Of a DNA stretch of 64,000 bases, positions 60,040 to 64,000 are shown piece after piece. Both the position numbers and the translations under genes were made by a program. Source of the stretch: Eledone cirrhosa (lineage: Eukaryota); assembly GCA_964016885.1 (NCBI GenBank), contig OZ024761.1, positions 16,492,001 to 16,556,000 on the forward strand. The letters are read 5' to 3'. Under the pieces are notes generated by a model. That model was not told the origin of the DNA. It saw only the letters and a list, made by a program, of their open reading frames with translations, and did not search any database. The stretch's first letter is position 1. The number at the start of each line of letters is the position of its first letter.

Positions 60040-60306
60040 ACGAAGGAAATGTGGTAAGGAACCAGATGGACCATAACGCACCAAAGTACTCAATACTGAG
60101 GGTAGTAGAGGGGGTAATAGGAACGAGTAGTACCTCGACGGCTGACCTTAAGCAGTCGCAGTCCAGAATTAGCCGTCGAAACGGCTTGATCTCAGCCGTC
60201 GGGGTCCTACTCGTTCCTATATATATATATATATATATACACACACAGACACACAATTCATTTTGATTAAGGCTAAATAGTGAGTCTTGTTACGCTGGAG
60301 TTTCGC

Positions 60307-60349
60307 CTGATGACCCTGTGATAAATAGGCGAAACTCCCGAGTAAGAAG
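60307..60349 (+). ncRNA. Hammerhead motif at the centre of a fold-back, 5' strand of stem I lost
   Basis: CTGATGA-C-CCTGT-gataa-ATAGG-C-GAAA-CTCCCGAG-TA, embedded in the inverted repeat 60256-60379. Confidence 0.6.
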
Positions 60350-60665
60350 ATTCACTATTTAGCCTTAATAAAAATGAATATTTAAACTCTACTCTCAGCC
60401 GTCAACTACATACGGATATGCATATATATGTGTGTCAGGACTCTTTAATACCAGTTCTCACATCTGTGAAATGGTAATAGAAAAAAAAGGGGTGAGGTTA
60501 CTACTCACTTTTGAGATAGATCTAAATTAGTTACCGAGATTAAAATCAGAGCCTCTGTCGTTTTAACTGATTATATATATATATCTGTGTGTGTGTGTGT
60601 GTGTGTGTGTGGAGTTGACAGTTGAGAGAAGAGTACTCAATACCGAAGTAGAGTTTAACTATCAG

Positions 60666-60711
60666 TGTCTGATGACCCCGTGAGAAACAGGCGAAACTCC
60701 AGTGTAACAAG
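60666..60711 (+). ncRNA. Hammerhead motif, same family as 60307 and 61526
   Basis: TGT-CTGATGA-C-CCCGT-gagaa-ACAGG-C-GAAA-CTCCAGTG-TA-ACA, followed by the family tail ATTTAGCCTTAATA. Confidence 0.6.
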
Positions 60712-61377
60712 ATACCATTTAGCCTTAATATATATATATATATACGATAAATGATCGTATATGTGTGTGTATATATATATATATGCATACATACATGTAT
60801 GTAAGTATGTATGCATGTCAGTTATTGAGGTTAAAGAAGAGATATGTGGCATATATTTACAACTGCCAGTGCCTATATCCTTTTAACTGGTTTTAAATAT
60901 ATACATATATAACATATATATATATATATAGTACATATATATATGTGTATATATATATATATATATAGTTATATAGTATATATTTTTATATATAAGTTTC
61001 TAAAGACCACCAATTGAAGTGTTTAGTGAAAATAATTTAGGTGGAGGTTACATTGAAAGGAACCAAAATCTTAAACTTAGAAATTCTGTACAGTGTCTAT
61101 GTGTGTGTATATGTATGTATATATACTTATAGGTATATATACATACATATATATAAATACAGTTCAACACACACACACACACACATATGTATGTATATAT
61201 ACTTATGGGTATATATACATACATATGTGCGTGTGTGTTGAACTGTATTTAAGAATTCCTTGTGATCATTGATCAAAACCGACTTCGATCTCGACATAGA
61301 AAGCATTAAAGTTAAGCAGAAATCGAAGTACTTTAGGTCATACATATACATATATATGTATGTATATATGTATATAT

Positions 61378-61462
<85 letters not shown>

Positions 61463-61475
61463 TGTGTGTATATAC

Positions 61476-61508
<33 letters not shown>

Positions 61509-61515
61509 CGTGTGA

Positions 61516-61574
61516 GAGTTTTTGTCTGATGACCCTGTGAAAAGTAGGCGAAACTCCACAGCAGCAAGACTCAC
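61516..61574 (+). ncRNA. Degenerate hammerhead motif, same family
   Basis: GAGTTTTTGT-CTGATGA-C-CCTGT-gaaaa-GTAGG-C-GAAA-CTCCACAG-CA-GCAAGACTC. Stem I is extended, but GUA is mutated to GCA. Confidence 0.6.
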
Positions 61575-61623
61575 AATTTAGCCTTAATAAAATGTGTATG
61601 TATATATATATATATATATACAC

Positions 61624-61657
<34 letters not shown>

Positions 61658-61747
61658 GGAACTGTTAGGTACATATGTAACATTTCCAAGTTCAAGAATA
61701 ACTGCAACTAACTTTTGGCCTATCTCTCTATGTATATATTATTATTG

Positions 61748-61780
<33 letters not shown>

Positions 61781-61815
61781 CGCATACATATATATATACA
61801 TATATATACGCATAC

Positions 61816-61864
<49 letters not shown>

Positions 61865-62196
61865 CACACACACACAAGAGATCAAGAGATTGAAGTAGAA
61901 CGATGAAAACTATTTTGTTGGTATAGGCGGTGGCTCGGCCTTACAGATATATCTACATAGATATACGAATACAAAGTGATCGACCAAACGAAATTTATAC
62001 AAACACACGTATATATTATACACAGATTGTTTTATATATATATATGTATATCTTTATTATATATATACATATATGTGTATGTATATGACAAAAGAAACGA
62101 GAGGGGTTTATAGAATATGAAGCGGCGAAGACGGGCTATTTAATTGGAAAATGTCGGCCATAAGAGCACCGCCTGACTGTGTGTGTATATATATAT

Positions 62197-62232
<36 letters not shown>

Positions 62233-62407
62233 GTGTGTGTGTGTGTATGTTATATGTATTTATATGTGTGTGTGTATGTATACATGTGTGTTAGTCGTCA
62301 GTATTATATAGAGTGAAATTTAAACAATCGTTAAACAGACAATCTGTATGTGTGAGTGTGTATGTATATAGTTTATATACGTACATATAGCTGTATGTGT
62401 TTCTGTT

Positions 62408-62464
<57 letters not shown>

Positions 62465-62578
62465 GTGTATGATTGTGAATATTGTGTTGTACGTCATTAT
62501 TATAGAGTGTAGTTTAAATACGATCTACATTAAATACATGCAATTTATGATCGCTTATAATTATTATTGTATATGTAC

Positions 62579-62614
<36 letters not shown>

Positions 62615-62799
62615 GTGTGTGTATATATGGTGTCTGTGTATATGTATGATATTCAGATACATTTCAATATAATCCACATTAAATAGACAATTTCTGATCG
62701 TTTATAAATTAGTATTAGTATTAAAATAACTTATATAAATTTTACTGAGATTATAGGAATGTTTCAAGATGAAATACTTACTGTTTAAACAATTTTAAA

Positions 62800-63660
62800 T
62801 ATAAAAATCTTCCTCTTTTGCGATTCTTACGGTGTACTCACAAGACAGACGAGAGAGGGAGACGTAGGAGGGAGATATATAGAGAGGGGGCGTGAAGAAA
62901 GATATATATATATATATGAGAGGGAAAAGGCGAGTAAGCCGGAAAGGCTGATACTGATATACACAGAGTGGGAGTGACAAGTATGGCTGTATAGAGAGAA
63001 AGGGGGTGAGAGATAAGGCGAGATATATATATATTTATATATATGTGTAGAAAGATATTTATATATATATATATAGAGAGAGAGATAAACGGGAGTGGCG
63101 GATATAGGTTATAAAGGGCGGGGGATATAGAAAGATATAGCTTTATAAAGAGAGTGAGCGAGGAAGATAGATAGATATATCAGTATATAGAGAGGGGGAT
63201 GGAAAGTAATACATTTATATAGAGAAAGAGGAGTAAAAGATAGAGCTATCGGGGGAGGGGGTGAAGGATAGCGCTTTTTAAAGGGGAGGAAAAGATAGGA
63301 AGGGCTTTTTAAAGTGAGAGAGAGGGGTAGACGGATATGACTATATAGAGAGAGAAGGTGTTCGTGGTAAAGAGACAAACAATTATATAGATATTAGAGA
63401 GTGAGACAGATAGACAAATATCTATTGAGAGAGGAAGTAAGTGTGTAAGTGAGATAGACTTCCGCTTTAAGAGTAAAGGTAGGAGGAAAGGGAGTAAGCC
63501 GTCGCCCGGTATCCGACTCAGTAGGTAACACTGCACATGCGCTAAACGTCAGAGATGACGTAAGGAGTTATATATATTTATATATATTTATATAAAGCTC
63601 GTTTTTCATTAACTCCTCCCCCCTTTTTTCACATAGTAGCTACGATGGCGGTTTCGAGTC
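62800..63660 (-). promoter_or_regulatory. Putative CpG-retaining promoter / non-coding first exon region, probably of CDC42
   Basis: Cluster of housekeeping-type motifs: NRF1-like TGCACATGCGC (~63532), two CRE-like ACGTCA/TGACGT (~63547, ~63556), ETS-like ACTTCCGC (~63458) and YY1-like GATGGCGG (~63644). CpGs are frequent. A minus-strand donor GTGAGT lies at 62836-62841. Assignment to CDC42 is inference. Confidence 0.45.
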
Positions 63661-64000
63661 CAGGACTCGGCAGAGCATCTTGTAGCAACTCTCTTGGATC
63701 ATGTTTTTTATGTTTGTTTTTTTTTTCCGAGCCAACACGAGACCCTTGACGTGGTCACTGAACCTGCTAGAAATAGGAAGCAAGCTTTCACTCATATCAC
63801 ATGTTTAAAAACAAAGAGGGAGTGAACACATTGGGTCATTGTTTTGGATAAAAGGCAGAATGGTTACGGATGGAATCCGATCGAATATAGGTGTAGTTCG
63901 ATCCTAACTTTCTCCATTAGGACTGATATAGGACTAAATAACAAAAATATCAATAACAACAGTTCTCTCCCTCTATCTCTCCCAATCTCTCTTTCTCCCC

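Noticed and set aside
63645-63720. ATGGCG start of a divergent plus-strand gene
   Set aside because: Runs into a T-rich tract and a dispersed repeat (63740-63940, related to ~21850-22070). No recognisable protein or donor site.

Overview
AT-rich, microsatellite-saturated animal genomic DNA. The repeat repertoire (tRNA-CORE and Nin/Deu-type SINEs, RTE LINEs with (ATG)n tails) points to an octopod cephalopod, which is an inference. The only recognisable host coding sequence is the first coding exon of CDC42 on the minus strand (12594-12698, [35 protein letters not shown]), which the ORF track missed. Most of the window is therefore probably CDC42 intron, with a CpG-retaining promoter-like region near 62-63.7 kb. 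The rest consists of RTE LINE fragments and their partner SINE, a decayed DD37D (maT) transposase, piggyBac-type and mariner-type MITEs, and many minisatellites. Almost all long ORFs in the track are repeat artefacts. The most notable feature is a set of at least seven type I hammerhead ribozyme motifs (24.3, 54.3, 54.6, 55.1, 60.3, 60.7 and 61.5 kb). They sit in short (TA)n-flanked or fold-back units resembling Penelope-like element termini or retrozymes, and one appears intact and sense to CDC42.
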